Assembly: GCF_947490415.1 (NCBI RefSeq)
Contig: NZ_CANLGX010000003.1
Coordinates: 391,821 to 455,820 of the forward strand
Length of the DNA: 64,000 nucleotides
Direction: 5' to 3'
Source of the DNA: an uncultured Eudoraea sp.
Lineage (GTDB): Bacteria; Bacteroidota; Bacteroidia; Flavobacteriales; Flavobacteriaceae
Below the pieces are notes generated by a model. It did no database searches. It saw only the letters and a program-made list of their open reading frames with translations, and had not been told where the DNA came from. A program made the position numbers and the translations under genes. Shown here one piece after another: positions 9,006 through 19,282 of the stretch (position 1 is the first letter of the stretch; every line of letters begins with the position of its first letter).

Positions 9006-11906
9006 TGCATTTTTTAAAATAGTTAAGGGGTGGAGCGCCTTCCGCTTTGTGCCATCTAAAATCTGATGCCTGCAACTCGTCCCGTTAGCCGCAATAATTA
9101 CGCTCTCTTCAGATTTTCTTATGGATGGAAAGAGTTTTAACTCCCCAATTTGCATGCTTGTATTATAATGCTCCTTTTCATATCCAAAGGATCCGGCCAT
9201 ACCACAGCAGCCAGAGGAAATGATACTAACTTTATAGTTTTCCGGGAGATTTAATACATCAAAAGTTACTTTTTGGTCAGAGAGAGCCTTTTGATGGCAA
9301 TGGACATGTATTTTTATTGTTGCAGCCGACTGTGTAAATTGTTCTTTTCTAATGTTTCCATTTTTAATTTCATTAGCCAGGAATTCCTCAATAAGATAAG
9401 ATGCAGAGGCAATTGCTTCAACTTTTCCCGTTTCAAAATGAAATCTTTTATATTCATCTCTGAAGGTCAGTATTGCCGAAGGTTCTATTCCAAGAATTGG
9501 AGTTCCCTTTTGGGCATATTTGAGCAATGATACCATATTTTTATCTGCCAGCTTTTTAGCCTCATTTAAAAACCCTTTTGAAATATATGTTCGTCCACTT
9601 TCGCCAAAAAAAAGACGTACGCTATACCCCAATCCACATAATAGGTCTATGGCATCTTTACCAACATCAGTGTCCAGGTAACGTGTGAATTCATCAATAT
9701 AGAGGATAACTTCTTTTTCTGTATTAACTTCTTGTTTATAAGTATTTTGAATGTATTTACTTAAATTTATTTTTGAAATATTTGGCAATGATCTTTCAGA
9801 TGCAATTCCTGAAATTTTCTTGATCAAATAACCCAGTATTCGAGAATTGTAAATCGTATTCGTGATTTTGGGAGCCCTGCTACCCAGCGCATTTAATCTG
9901 GTATTAAATGCAAATAATTTATTTCTGAATTTATACCCGTTAGTTTCCTGATATTGATACAAAAATTCAGATTTTAAGGTAGCAACATCAACATTACTGG
10001 GACATTCACTGGCACAGGCTTTACAACTTAAACAGAGGTCGAATACTTCTTTTAAATCATTAGAATTAAATCGGTTTATCTCAGTGGAATTTGTGAGTAC
10101 TTCCCGAAGCGCATTTGCACGTCCTCTGGTGGTATCCTTTTCATTCCTGGTTGCATGATAGCTGGGACACATTCCACCAGCAGCTAAATGGGTTTTTCTA
10201 CAATCCCCGCTCCCATTGCATTTTTCAGCGGCTTTTAATATCCCTTCGCTGTCTGAGAAATCAAAAATTGTTTTAATTTCGGGTTCTTTGCGTTCAATTT
10301 CATAGCGCAATGATTCGTCCATTGGATAGGCGTCTACAATTTTTCCTGGATTAAAAATATGATCAGGATCAAAATAAGATTTAATCCGGGCAAGCAATTT
10401 ATAATTATCCTCTCCAAGCATCATAGGAATAAATTCTGCTCTGACAATGCCATCACCGTGTTCCCCGCTAAAGGACCCTCCATATTTTTTAGTGAGTTTA
10501 GCCACATCTGTGGTGATTGCCCTGAAAAGCGCAACATCATCAGCCCGTTTTAAGTTCAGAATTGGTCTTAAATGAAGTTCGCCAGCACCTGCATGAGCGT
10601 AATAGACGGCGTCCTGGCCGTAACCCTTCATAATCTGTGTGAACTCTCCAATGAAATCATTCAGATCGTCTAAGGCAACCGCAGTGTCCTCTATGCACGC
10701 CACGGCCTTCCTGTCTCCCACCATATTCCCTAATAGGCCAAGACCTGCCTTTCTTAAAGCAATGGCTTTGTTAATATCGTTTCCCCTCAGAATAGGATTG
10801 GCATAGCTAAGTCCGGAAGCCTCTATCGTTTTTAGGAGTTTTTGCAAATTTCCTTCAAGACCATCTTCAGAATCATCTTTCAACTCCAGCATAAGTAAGG
10901 CTGCCGGATCACCTTGAACAAAAAATCGATTGGATAACTGTTCTCTGTTATTTTTGGTACAATCCAAAATCACTTTATCCATCATTTCGCACAGGTGTAA
11001 ATTGTGTTTCATAACAGGCACGACGTCCTGGAGGCAATCTTCGAGGGTTTTATAGTGGGTAACAACCATGGCTGCAATTGGAGGTGGACTGTCGTCTAAT
11101 TGCAACGTGATCTCAGTAGTAAAAGCCAGAGTTCCTTCACTCCCACTTAGTAGTTTACAAATATTAATTTCATCCTCAGGACCACCAAAAAGGCTGCTGT
11201 GCAATAATTCATCTACCGCGTAACCGGTATTTCTTCTGTGAATACTGCTTTTTGGAAATTCTTCTTTAATATTTTGCTGTACCTTTTTGTTTTGTAACTC
11301 GGTAAACAATTCCCTGTAAATAGATCCTTCCAGGGTATTTAAATTCATTTTTTTTCTGTACTCGGCAGGGGTGACAGATTTAAATAAAGCCTGGGAACCA
11401 TCTGACAGAATTGTTTTTAAAGAAATGATTTTATCTCGCGTTACCCCATATTGAATAGATGTTGTCCCACTCGAATTATTTCCCACCATACCTCCAATCA
11501 TACAGCGGTTAGAGGTTGATGTATTTGGTCCGAAAAACAAACCATGCTCTTTTAGATATTCATTGAGTTCATCCCTGATTACACCAGGCTGAACTGTGAC
11601 GGTTTTTCCTTCGACATCTAGTTGTATAATTTTAGTCAGATGTTTGGATACGTCAACAACTATTCCATCACCTACGCATTGTCCGGCTAATGATGTGCCA
11701 GCAGTTCTGGGTATTAGCCCAATATGATGTTGTTTTGCAAAAAGAATTAGTTTTATAATGTCATTTTCACCTTTGGGAAAGGTTACAGCCATTGGTACTT
11801 TTCTGTATACAGAAGCATCAGTAGCATACAAGACTCTGGAAAGCTTATCAAAATGTAAAGTGCCTTCCAGGTTACTCCCCAGATCGATTAAAAGATTTTT
11901 ATCCAA
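8991..11906 (-). CDS. FAD-binding and (Fe-S)-binding oxidoreductase (GlcD-like plus GlpC/CCG fusion, YdiJ-like)
   Basis: The N-terminus is an FAD PCMH-type domain ('RTAGTSLAGQ'). '4Fe-4S CLSCKACASECPS' follows, and the C-terminus has the cysteine-rich 'SSGCCGMAGSFGYEKEH'. Length is 971 aa. Confidence 0.85.
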   Translation of the reverse strand: MDKNLLIDLGSNLEGTLHFDKLSRVLYATDASVYRKVPMAVTFPKGENDIIKLILFAKQHHIGLIPRTAGTSLAGQCVGDGIVVDVSKHLTKIIQLDVEGKTVTVQPGVIRDELNEYLKEHGLFFGPNTSTSNRCMIGGMVGNNSSGTTSIQYGVTRDKIISLKTILSDGSQALFKSVTPAEYRKKMNLNTLEGSIYRELFTELQNKKVQQNIKEEFPKSSIHRRNTGYAVDELLHSSLFGGPEDEINICKLLSGSEGTLAFTTEITLQLDDSPPPIAAMVVTHYKTLEDCLQDVVPVMKHNLHLCEMMDKVILDCTKNNREQLSNRFFVQGDPAALLMLELKDDSEDGLEGNLQKLLKTIEASGLSYANPILRGNDINKAIALRKAGLGLLGNMVGDRKAVACIEDTAVALDDLNDFIGEFTQIMKGYGQDAVYYAHAGAGELHLRPILNLKRADDVALFRAITTDVAKLTKKYGGSFSGEHGDGIVRAEFIPMMLGEDNYKLLARIKSYFDPDHIFNPGKIVDAYPMDESLRYEIERKEPEIKTIFDFSDSEGILKAAEKCNGSGDCRKTHLAAGGMCPSYHATRNEKDTTRGRANALREVLTNSTEINRFNSNDLKEVFDLCLSCKACASECPSNVDVATLKSEFLYQYQETNGYKFRNKLFAFNTRLNALGSRAPKITNTIYNSRILGYLIKKISGIASERSLPNISKINLSKYIQNTYKQEVNTEKEVILYIDEFTRYLDTDVGKDAIDLLCGLGYSVRLFFGESGRTYISKGFLNEAKKLADKNMVSLLKYAQKGTPILGIEPSAILTFRDEYKRFHFETGKVEAIASASYLIEEFLANEIKNGNIRKEQFTQSAATIKIHVHCHQKALSDQKVTFDVLNLPENYKVSIISSGCCGMAGSFGYEKEHYNTSMQIGELKLFPSIRKSEESVIIAANGTSCRHQILDGTKRKALHPLTILKNALCIN

Positions 11907-11983
11907 TCTTGAACAATTTTAGGTGCAAAATTAAGTTTTTATTAGCTGAGAGCGATTTTAAACCTAAACTAAAATCAGAACAT

Positions 11984-12481
11984 ATGAAAATTTTAAATCC
12001 GTTTTTATTACTGGCGTGTCTTTTTACAATAACAATAGGCGCACAGGAAATTTCCGATAATGCACTTGGTCTACGCCTGGGCGACAGTGATGGTTTTGGC
12101 GCAGAAATTTCTTATCAAAGATTACTGAGCAGATATCACAGATTGGAATTAAATCTGGGTTGGAGAGACAGCAGGGAATATGATGCTTTTAAAGTAACTG
12201 GGCTTTACGAATGGGTACGCCATATAGATGGTAATTTTAACTGGTTTTATGGTGCGGGTGCGGGATTTGGAAGTGCAAGTTTTGAGCCGATTCCTGGTGA
12301 TGTCACTCCCGATGGCGGTTTCTTTGTTTTAGTTGCGGGAAATGTAGGCGTAGAATATAATTTTGATATCCCCCTGTTATTATCATTTGATTTAAGACCT
12401 GAACTCGGAATTTTGGGATATAATGACTTTTCAGATAATTTTGACTTTGATATTGCATTGGGAATACGCTATCAGTTCTGA
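11984..12481 (+). CDS. Small outer-membrane beta-barrel protein (hypothetical)
   Basis: The signal peptide 'MKILNPFLLLACLFTITIGAQE' begins at the internal ATG 11984. Alternating aromatic/Gly beta-strand pattern is seen and the protein ends 'GIRYQF'. Confidence 0.6.
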   Translation: MKILNPFLLLACLFTITIGAQEISDNALGLRLGDSDGFGAEISYQRLLSRYHRLELNLGWRDSREYDAFKVTGLYEWVRHIDGNFNWFYGAGAGFGSASFEPIPGDVTPDGGFFVLVAGNVGVEYNFDIPLLLSFDLRPELGILGYNDFSDNFDFDIALGIRYQF

Positions 12482-12557
12482 AACAATAATTTATTTGTAT
12501 GGATGTCCTTAACATAACCTTATGTATAAGGACTTTTTTTATTCTGTCTTATATAAT

Positions 12558-12565
12558 TACCTTTG
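12558..12565 (+). promoter_or_regulatory. Bacteroidota-type -7 promoter box TAnnTTTG (TACCTTTG) upstream of the TlpA-like gene
   Basis: This is an exact match to the TAnnTTTG consensus, 18 nt before the ATG at 12583. Confidence 0.45.
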
Positions 12566-12582
12566 CACCTCTTATTTGAAAA

Positions 12583-13692
12583 ATGATGAAAAAATTCGTA
12601 TTACCGTTATTGCTATCAGGCATCCTTATGGCATGTAACACATCTCCTGAAGGATTTAAACTGGAAGGTACTCTTAATGGTGAAATAGAGAACGGAACAC
12701 AGGTCTTTCTTAAAAAGACCGATGAGGCTAATCAGTTAATTGAAATAGACACCGCAACAATAGAAAACGGAAAATTCACATTTACCGGTTCTTCTTCAAT
12801 GCCAGAACTCCATTATTTATTAGTTAACAGTGTACGGGGAAATATTCCGGTAGTAATTGAAAATGGTAATATTGAGGTAAGTGCCCAAAAAGACAGCCTT
12901 GCCTTCGCCAAAATTGAAGGCACTTTACAGAACGATTTATTTGCTGATTTCCTTAAGGATTCAAGAAGTCTGGCACAAAGAGCAAAATCAATGTCTGACG
13001 AGATGAGAAATGCCTCTGGAATAAATGACACAGCTTCAATGGCATCTTTAAGAGATGAATATTTCGAATTACAGGAAGAGGCCAAAACTTTCGAATTAAA
13101 ATTTGCCAAAGAAAACCCGGATGCTCTAATTTCTGCCTTAATAATTGAAAAAGTATTGACAACAAAGGCACTTCCCGAAAAAGAAATTCAAGAATTGTAT
13201 GACGCACTCAGCCCTAAAATAAAGGAGACTGTTGTAGGTCAACGAATTAAAGGTAAACTTGATAAGCTTGTAAGTACCGCAATTGGGGCAAAGGCACCAA
13301 ATTTTTCAGCTCCTACCCCTACCGGCGATGAATTGGCACTCAATGATGTGTTGGGAAAAGTTACAATTGTAGATTTTTGGGCGGCATGGTGTAAGCCTTG
13401 CAGAGCAGAGAACCCCAACGTAGTTCAGGTTTATAATAAATACCATGACAAGGGTCTTAATATTCTTGGAGTTTCTTTAGACAGACGGGCTGAAGACTGG
13501 ACTAAGGCTATTGAAGAGGATGGTTTGGTTTGGAACCATGTTTCTAATATCCAATATTTTGATGAAATAGCCGAGCTCTATAATGTCAGAGCAATACCTG
13601 CTACATTCATCCTGGACGAGAATGGGGTAATAATTGCTAAAGATTTAAGAGGCCCAGCTCTCGAAAATAAAATATCAGAATTGTTGCAATAA
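12583..13692 (+). CDS. TlpA-family thiol-disulfide oxidoreductase lipoprotein (DUF4369-like N-terminus plus thioredoxin fold)
   Basis: Lipobox 'LLSGILMAC' and thioredoxin active site 'DFWAAWCKPC' are present. Confidence 0.85.
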   Translation: MMKKFVLPLLLSGILMACNTSPEGFKLEGTLNGEIENGTQVFLKKTDEANQLIEIDTATIENGKFTFTGSSSMPELHYLLVNSVRGNIPVVIENGNIEVSAQKDSLAFAKIEGTLQNDLFADFLKDSRSLAQRAKSMSDEMRNASGINDTASMASLRDEYFELQEEAKTFELKFAKENPDALISALIIEKVLTTKALPEKEIQELYDALSPKIKETVVGQRIKGKLDKLVSTAIGAKAPNFSAPTPTGDELALNDVLGKVTIVDFWAAWCKPCRAENPNVVQVYNKYHDKGLNILGVSLDRRAEDWTKAIEEDGLVWNHVSNIQYFDEIAELYNVRAIPATFILDENGVIIAKDLRGPALENKISELLQ

Positions 13693-13711
13693 TAAAAACT
13701 TAATTCCTTAA

Positions 13712-13743
13712 AAAAAGCCCCTACAACTATGTTCGGGCTTTTT
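13712..13743. terminator. Hairpin between convergent genes (AAAAAGCCC / GGGCTTTTT)
   Basis: A 9-bp stem (13712-13720 pairs with 13735-13743) has a 14-nt loop and A/T runs on both sides. It lies between the 13692 (+) and 13762 (-) gene ends. Confidence 0.5.
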
Positions 13744-13761
13744 AATTATTACTTCGTGGCA

Positions 13762-15408
13762 TTAAAATTTATCCCTTAGGTCTTCAAATTGACCAGTGAT
13801 TGTTACATTGCCATTTTTTATAACATCCCCAAAAATATTAGCCTTAGAGTCATTACCTATAAATTCAAGACTTGCTCCGTCATTCAGGATTAAATCTCCG
13901 TAAATAGTCAGATCTCCTTCAATTTTCAGGGTAGCCCCCTCATCAACCGTCACATTTCTGCGCCTGTTATTTCGTGCTACCACAAAGGAACCAGACATGG
14001 CAAAAAGTCCATTGCTGTTAATATTGACCTCTTCTTTAACCGTCCATGAGCCACATAATAGTAAATTACCACTAACACTAAAGTTCCTGAATCTTTTAGA
14101 TCCGCTATAGGCCAGATCCTCTCCCTGATTTACATTTAAATTGGCACTGCTTTCATATTCCGGAGTATTGGCGCATTCTGCCTCCAGACTTGCACTGGGT
14201 CTGTTTAGTTTTATAATCTGAAGTCCCTCTCTGCCCGAAGCAGCAAAAATATAATCCCCTTTTGAGGCCACATAGTTGATTGATCCTTCTAATTCAATTA
14301 TTCCAACAAGATCTGCAGCATTCCCGTTTTCTTCAGATAAGCAAAGTCCCGCACCTCCGTTTGCCATTAATAATATGCCTTCATTGGAAGCCACCGCATT
14401 GGTTACTTTATCTTCCTGTTCCACTCCATCCGGATTTATCAAAATAGGTATATACTCTAAAAGACTACCCGTAGAATAACTATACACACCGGCGCCTTTA
14501 TTTCCTTCGGAAACAATTATTTTGTCTCCCGTAAAATCTATTATTTTCTTAGTTGCCAATCCAAGGTCCGAAGAAATAGGTATTTCCTTTAGGGTTTGGA
14601 AATTTGAGTCAACAATTGTAATGCCCGTTCCTGCATTTAGAAGTGCAATAGAACCATTATTTATTGATAATGACCGCAGGTCGCCAAAAGGGACTTCATT
14701 CAACACAGATAAATCCGATTGATCATAAGCCGTCAAGGAACCATCTTTACCGCTGGTTACCAGAACCTTGCCATTGTCAATTGAAATATCATTAGCATTG
14801 AAACCTTGCTGAAAACCATAGACAATACCTGACCCAAGGTTAAACTTTCCGTTAGCTACCGACAGTTTGGCAACAAATGAATTGGAAGTAGCTGTAACTG
14901 AAGTTTCTGCATTAACACCACCTGCAGCATATAAATAACCATCCTTATATTGTAAAGAATTCATATCTGCATTTATATAAAACAACCTGGAGGTTATTCT
15001 TGGGCTATATGGGTTACTAACATCAATAATATCTAAAGCTCCAAAATATTCTTCGCCGGCGGTATTATAGGAGACATAGGCATATTTACCATCTACATGA
15101 ACATGTGAAGCTGTAAGGTTATCTCTACCCTGATAGGTTGGTGATTTAACCTGGGCTACAAGGGTAAGGGGATAATCACCCGCCAGTTCGGCTTTGGAAG
15201 TACCTAAAGATTTGTTTGTTAATTGATCTTCCCCGAAGATATCCAATACACCGGATTTATCATAGGAGATACTGCTTTCAAGTTTTGCCTCGCTGTTTTC
15301 TAAAAAAACATCGTCTTGTAATTCGTCTTGAAAAATGGTGGTTTCATCGCTACAGGATACAAAAAAGGCCAAAAAAGCAATAACAAAATAGGGGATTCTT
15401 TTAAACAT
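13762..15408 (-). CDS. LVIVD-repeat beta-propeller lipoprotein with a beta-helix-like C-terminal region (hypothetical)
   Basis: Lipobox 'FFVSCSDE' is present. LVIVD-like repeats include 'GALDIIDVSNPYSPR', 'GITIVDSN' and 'GLQIIKLNRPS'. The C-terminus has a repetitive 'G(D/N)LxIxG' pattern. Confidence 0.6.
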   Translation of the reverse strand: MFKRIPYFVIAFLAFFVSCSDETTIFQDELQDDVFLENSEAKLESSISYDKSGVLDIFGEDQLTNKSLGTSKAELAGDYPLTLVAQVKSPTYQGRDNLTASHVHVDGKYAYVSYNTAGEEYFGALDIIDVSNPYSPRITSRLFYINADMNSLQYKDGYLYAAGGVNAETSVTATSNSFVAKLSVANGKFNLGSGIVYGFQQGFNANDISIDNGKVLVTSGKDGSLTAYDQSDLSVLNEVPFGDLRSLSINNGSIALLNAGTGITIVDSNFQTLKEIPISSDLGLATKKIIDFTGDKIIVSEGNKGAGVYSYSTGSLLEYIPILINPDGVEQEDKVTNAVASNEGILLMANGGAGLCLSEENGNAADLVGIIELEGSINYVASKGDYIFAASGREGLQIIKLNRPSASLEAECANTPEYESSANLNVNQGEDLAYSGSKRFRNFSVSGNLLLCGSWTVKEEVNINSNGLFAMSGSFVVARNNRRRNVTVDEGATLKIEGDLTIYGDLILNDGASLEFIGNDSKANIFGDVIKNGNVTITGQFEDLRDKF

Positions 15409-15572
15409 TAGTAGGTATTTTAGTTCAATTTGGGCATTTAACTAACGTTAAAAGAAGAAAATTGGTATAAAGTAACCTTCATTAATTCGTCAAATAGTAA
15501 TATTTAGTTGACTGTAAATTAATATTTCTCTATTTTATATAAGTTTTTACTTACTGTTTTATGTAAGTGTTA

Positions 15573-16220
15573 TTATATCTTACCCATTTTTTCAAGAACA
15601 AATAGAATTAGTATTGGGATAGCAAGAAGGATCACCATTAAAGTATCGGTAAGTATTAAATCTGGTTTAAAAAGTAAAGTTGTAGCATAACCTCCTATAG
15701 CGCCACCAAAGTGAGCAGTATGTCCAATATTACCCAAACGCTTTTTCATGCCATAGATAGAGTATAACATGTAGGCAAGACCCAGAATATATGCCGGGAT
15801 AGGTATTGGTATAAACATGATTCCCAGTCGCATATCAGGTTGTAGTAATATCGCAGCATATAATATACCGGTTACAGCACCACTTGCCCCCACAGCGCTA
15901 TAAAAGGGTTCATCTTTATGAAAAAACAAGGCTAGTATACTTCCTGCAACAAGGCTAAAAAAATAAATAATTATAAATTTTTCCCAGCCAAACCAGTTAA
16001 TTACAACCGGGGCAAAGAAATAAAGTGTAAACATATTCATGAAGAGGTGGGAAATATCCACGTGCAGAAATCCTGAAGTCACCATTCTATCACGTTGACC
16101 TGCCTTTATTGCCCCAATGGCAAACTTATAGCGATCAAAGAAGGTGACATCATTAAACCCTTTTAAGGAAATCAAAACATTCACAGCCATAATGGCAATT
16201 GTTGCCAGATGCATATTCAT
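15573..16220 (-). CDS. Rhomboid family intramembrane serine protease
   Basis: 'HLFMNM', the catalytic 'GASGAVTG' and 'HTAHFGGAIGG' are present in a multi-TM protein. Confidence 0.85.
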   Translation of the reverse strand: MNMHLATIAIMAVNVLISLKGFNDVTFFDRYKFAIGAIKAGQRDRMVTSGFLHVDISHLFMNMFTLYFFAPVVINWFGWEKFIIIYFFSLVAGSILALFFHKDEPFYSAVGASGAVTGILYAAILLQPDMRLGIMFIPIPIPAYILGLAYMLYSIYGMKKRLGNIGHTAHFGGAIGGYATTLLFKPDLILTDTLMVILLAIPILILFVLEKMGKI

Positions 16221-16254
16221 AAATAGGATAATTAAATTAAGCGCTAAATATAGC

Positions 16255-16262
16255 TATATTTG
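16255..16262 (+). promoter_or_regulatory. -7 promoter box TATATTTG
   Basis: TAnnTTTG match 19 nt upstream of ATG 16281. Confidence 0.4.
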
Positions 16263-16280
16263 CCCATATTAATTTTACGC

Positions 16281-17168
16281 ATGCAACTTCTCGTATATAT
16301 TCTTGCCTATCCTTTTTTATGGTTAATCTCTATACTTCCTTATAGGCTATTTTATCTTTTTTCCGACCTGGTTTATATTCTGGTATATCGCATTATTGGT
16401 TATAGAAAGAAAGTAGTTTATAACAATCTGACCCTTGTTTTTCCTCATAAAAGTGAAAAAGAGAAAAAAAGTATCCAAAGGGCATTTTATAAACATATGT
16501 GCGATATGTTTCTGGAAACTATTAAAACCTTAAATATCGGGGAAGAAGAGTTAAAAAAACGTTATGCCTTACCCAATATTGATTTACTTCTTGAAATAGA
16601 GAAAAAACGAAGCATTTTGGTGATGCTTCCTCATTATGCCAATTGGGAGTGGTGTATCATCGTAAATCGTTATGTAAAGTCAAAAGGATATGTGGTATAT
16701 CAAAAAATTGGAAACGTTTATTTTGATCGATTGATAAAAAAAATCCGTGCGATATGGAACACAACGCCTATTTCTCAACAAGAGACAGTTATAACCATGG
16801 CACGAAATCATCAAAATGGCATAAAAGCAATATATGGTATTGTAAGTGATCAATCGCCACAAGCACACCTGGCACAATACTGGACAAAATTCATGAATAT
16901 AAAAGTCCCTATTTTTAATGGTCCTGAATTACTCGCAAAAAAGTATGGCCACGCCGTTGTTTTTGCTAAAATCTCTAAGGTTAAACGAGGATACTATAAA
17001 ACTGAATTTATACCAATTGCACTGGAAGGCAGTAAAACTGAAGAGAATGAAATTACCAATCAGTTCCTAAAACTAACCGAGGAAGAAATTATCCAGAATC
17101 CTGAGTATTATCTTTGGACACACAGACGATGGAAACACAGTGATAAAGTGCCTGAAAAATATCTCTAA
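16281..17168 (+). CDS. Lipid A biosynthesis (lauroyl/lysophospholipid) acyltransferase, LpxL/HtrB family
   Basis: An N-terminal TM helix and 'LPHYANWEW' (acyltransferase HX4D/E-like box) are present, and the size is right. I prefer the ATG at 16281 to the track's TTG at 16260. Confidence 0.8.
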   Translation: MQLLVYILAYPFLWLISILPYRLFYLFSDLVYILVYRIIGYRKKVVYNNLTLVFPHKSEKEKKSIQRAFYKHMCDMFLETIKTLNIGEEELKKRYALPNIDLLLEIEKKRSILVMLPHYANWEWCIIVNRYVKSKGYVVYQKIGNVYFDRLIKKIRAIWNTTPISQQETVITMARNHQNGIKAIYGIVSDQSPQAHLAQYWTKFMNIKVPIFNGPELLAKKYGHAVVFAKISKVKRGYYKTEFIPIALEGSKTEENEITNQFLKLTEEEIIQNPEYYLWTHRRWKHSDKVPEKYL

Positions 17169-17205
17169 TCCTAACGCTGCCTTATAAATTAATTTGCTTT
17201 AAATA

Positions 17206-18594
17206 TTAGATGCCTGCAATTTCTTTAATCTCATCTATTATTCTATCCGCTAAATTATCAGCTTCTGTTTGAGTTTTTGCCTCTGTATATATTCGTATAA
17301 TTGGTTCCGTATTGGATTTCCTCAAATGCACCCAATTTTCAGGAAAATCTACTTTTACCCCATCAATAGTCGAGACTTCCTCATTGCTATATTTTTTTTC
17401 CATGGCCAATAAGATTTCATCAACATCAAGTTCCGGTGTTAGTTGAATTTTCTTTTTGCTCATATAATAACTTGGGTAACTGTCACGCAATTCCCTTACA
17501 GTGCCTCCTTTCTCTGCCATAAGCATTAAAAATAAGGCGGTGCCTACAAGAGAATCTCGTCCGTAATGACTTGCCGGATAGATAATTCCGCCATTGCCCT
17601 CACCCCCAATAATAGCATTGGTGGCTTTCATTTTATTTACAACATTCACCTCGCCCACGGCTGCAGCTTCATAAGTGCCATGATGCTTAATCGTAATATC
17701 CCTGAGCGCCCTTGAAGAAGATAAATTGGAAACAGTGTTTCCTTTTGTTTTCCCGAGAACATAATCTGCACAGGCCACTAAGGTATACTCTTCACCAAAC
17801 ATTTCGCCGTCGTTACTAATGAACGCCAAACGATCTACATCCGGATCTACTACTATACCAAAATCAGCTTTTTCCTTTACAACAAGTTTGCAGATATCCC
17901 CCAGATGTTCTTTCAGGGGTTCAGGGTTATGCGGAAAATTTCCAGTAGGGTCACAATATAACTTAATTACTTCCACCCCTAAGGATTCAAGTAATTTGGG
18001 AATAGCAATACCCCCTGTAGAATTGACGCCATCCACGACAACTTTAAATTTGGCCTTTTTAATAGTATCTGCATCGACCAATGGTAAATTAAGGACTTCA
18101 TCTATATGTATATCAATGTAGGCGTCATTTTGGGTAATCTTTCCAAGTTCATCTACATCAGAAAAATTGAAATCTTCTTTTTCCGCTAATTCAAGAATAA
18201 TTGCCCCTTCGGCTGCATCAAGAAACTCGCCTTTTTCATTTAATAGTTTTAATGCATTCCATTGTTTTGGATTATGACTTGCGGTAAGAATAATACCTCC
18301 ATTGGCATTTTCCAGCGGAACGGCTATTTCTACCGTAGGTGTTGTGGACAATCCAAGGTCTATAATATCTATTCCGAGTCCGACCAAAGTAGATACCACC
18401 AAATTCTGAATCATTTCTCCCGAAAGACGGGCATCTCTTCCAACAACAACTTTTAAATTATCCGATTTAGAATAGTCTTTTAACCATGTACCATAAGCCG
18501 CTGCAAACTTAACAGCATCAATTGGTGTGAGATTGTCGTTAGGCCTCCCTCCTATGGTGCCTCTTATACCAGAAATAGATTTTATTAATGTCAT
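17206..18594 (-). CDS. glmM: Phosphoglucosamine mutase (alpha-D-phosphohexomutase family)
   Basis: 'SGIRGTIGG', the active-site 'TASHNPKQWNALK' and the metal loop 'DPDVDRL' are present. The start is placed at 'MTLIKSISGIRG' (18594). Confidence 0.8.
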   Translation of the reverse strand: MTLIKSISGIRGTIGGRPNDNLTPIDAVKFAAAYGTWLKDYSKSDNLKVVVGRDARLSGEMIQNLVVSTLVGLGIDIIDLGLSTTPTVEIAVPLENANGGIILTASHNPKQWNALKLLNEKGEFLDAAEGAIILELAEKEDFNFSDVDELGKITQNDAYIDIHIDEVLNLPLVDADTIKKAKFKVVVDGVNSTGGIAIPKLLESLGVEVIKLYCDPTGNFPHNPEPLKEHLGDICKLVVKEKADFGIVVDPDVDRLAFISNDGEMFGEEYTLVACADYVLGKTKGNTVSNLSSSRALRDITIKHHGTYEAAAVGEVNVVNKMKATNAIIGGEGNGGIIYPASHYGRDSLVGTALFLMLMAEKGGTVRELRDSYPSYYMSKKKIQLTPELDVDEILLAMEKKYSNEEVSTIDGVKVDFPENWVHLRKSNTEPIIRIYTEAKTQTEADNLADRIIDEIKEIAGI

Positions 18595-18688
18595 ATAGTT
18601 TAAATAGTTTTTGCAAATATACATGTCTTAACAATTATCCTGCGTTCCTAATTTGTAAATTCAGTTGTGAAGATTATATTCGTGTTAA

Positions 18689-19282
18689 ATGAATTTTTTA
18701 GCACATATATATCTCTCCTTTGGAGATGACGAAATAACTATCGGAAATTTTATTGCGGACAGCATAAGAGCAAATAAATACAAACACCTGCCAGATAGAA
18801 TACAAAAAGGAATCCTGTTACATCGTGAAATAGATACTTATACAGATTCGCACCCTATACCCAGGGTAAGTAGTAAAAGGTTACACCAGAATTACAGTCA
18901 TTACAGCAGGGTAATCGTGGATATTTTTTACGATCACTTTTTAGCTAAAAACTGGAAGCAATATTCGGATACTCCTTTGGACATTTATGTTGATAAATTT
19001 TATGATTTACTGGAGGATAACTTTACTATTCTGCCCGATGGAACTAAACGTATGATCCCTTATATGATAAGTGATAATTGGCTCCTGAACTATGCCCAAA
19101 TGGACGGGATAAGCAGGGTTTTAAATGGTATGAACAGAAGAACCAATAATAAGAGTAAAATGAATTTTGCCATTCTTGATCTTGAAAAAAACTACGAAGC
19201 GTTTGAAGTAGAATTTACTGCGTTTTTCAATGAACTTGTGGTTTTTTCTAAACAAAAATATACTTCAATATGCGAATACTAA
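18689..19282 (+). CDS. acpH: Acyl carrier protein phosphodiesterase
   Basis: 'MNFLAHIYLS' and 'LHREIDTYTDSHP' are family-typical. Length is 197 aa. Confidence 0.8.
   Translation: MNFLAHIYLSFGDDEITIGNFIADSIRANKYKHLPDRIQKGILLHREIDTYTDSHPIPRVSSKRLHQNYSHYSRVIVDIFYDHFLAKNWKQYSDTPLDIYVDKFYDLLEDNFTILPDGTKRMIPYMISDNWLLNYAQMDGISRVLNGMNRRTNNKSKMNFAILDLEKNYEAFEVEFTAFFNELVVFSKQKYTSICEY

Noticed and set aside
11909-11983. The ORF track gives N-terminal extensions for several genes: 11909, 16260 (TTG), 18624, 26215 (GTG), 40499 (TTG).
   Set aside because: In each case an internal ATG immediately precedes a signal peptide or the conserved family N-terminus. The extension has no conserved features, so I used the shorter models.
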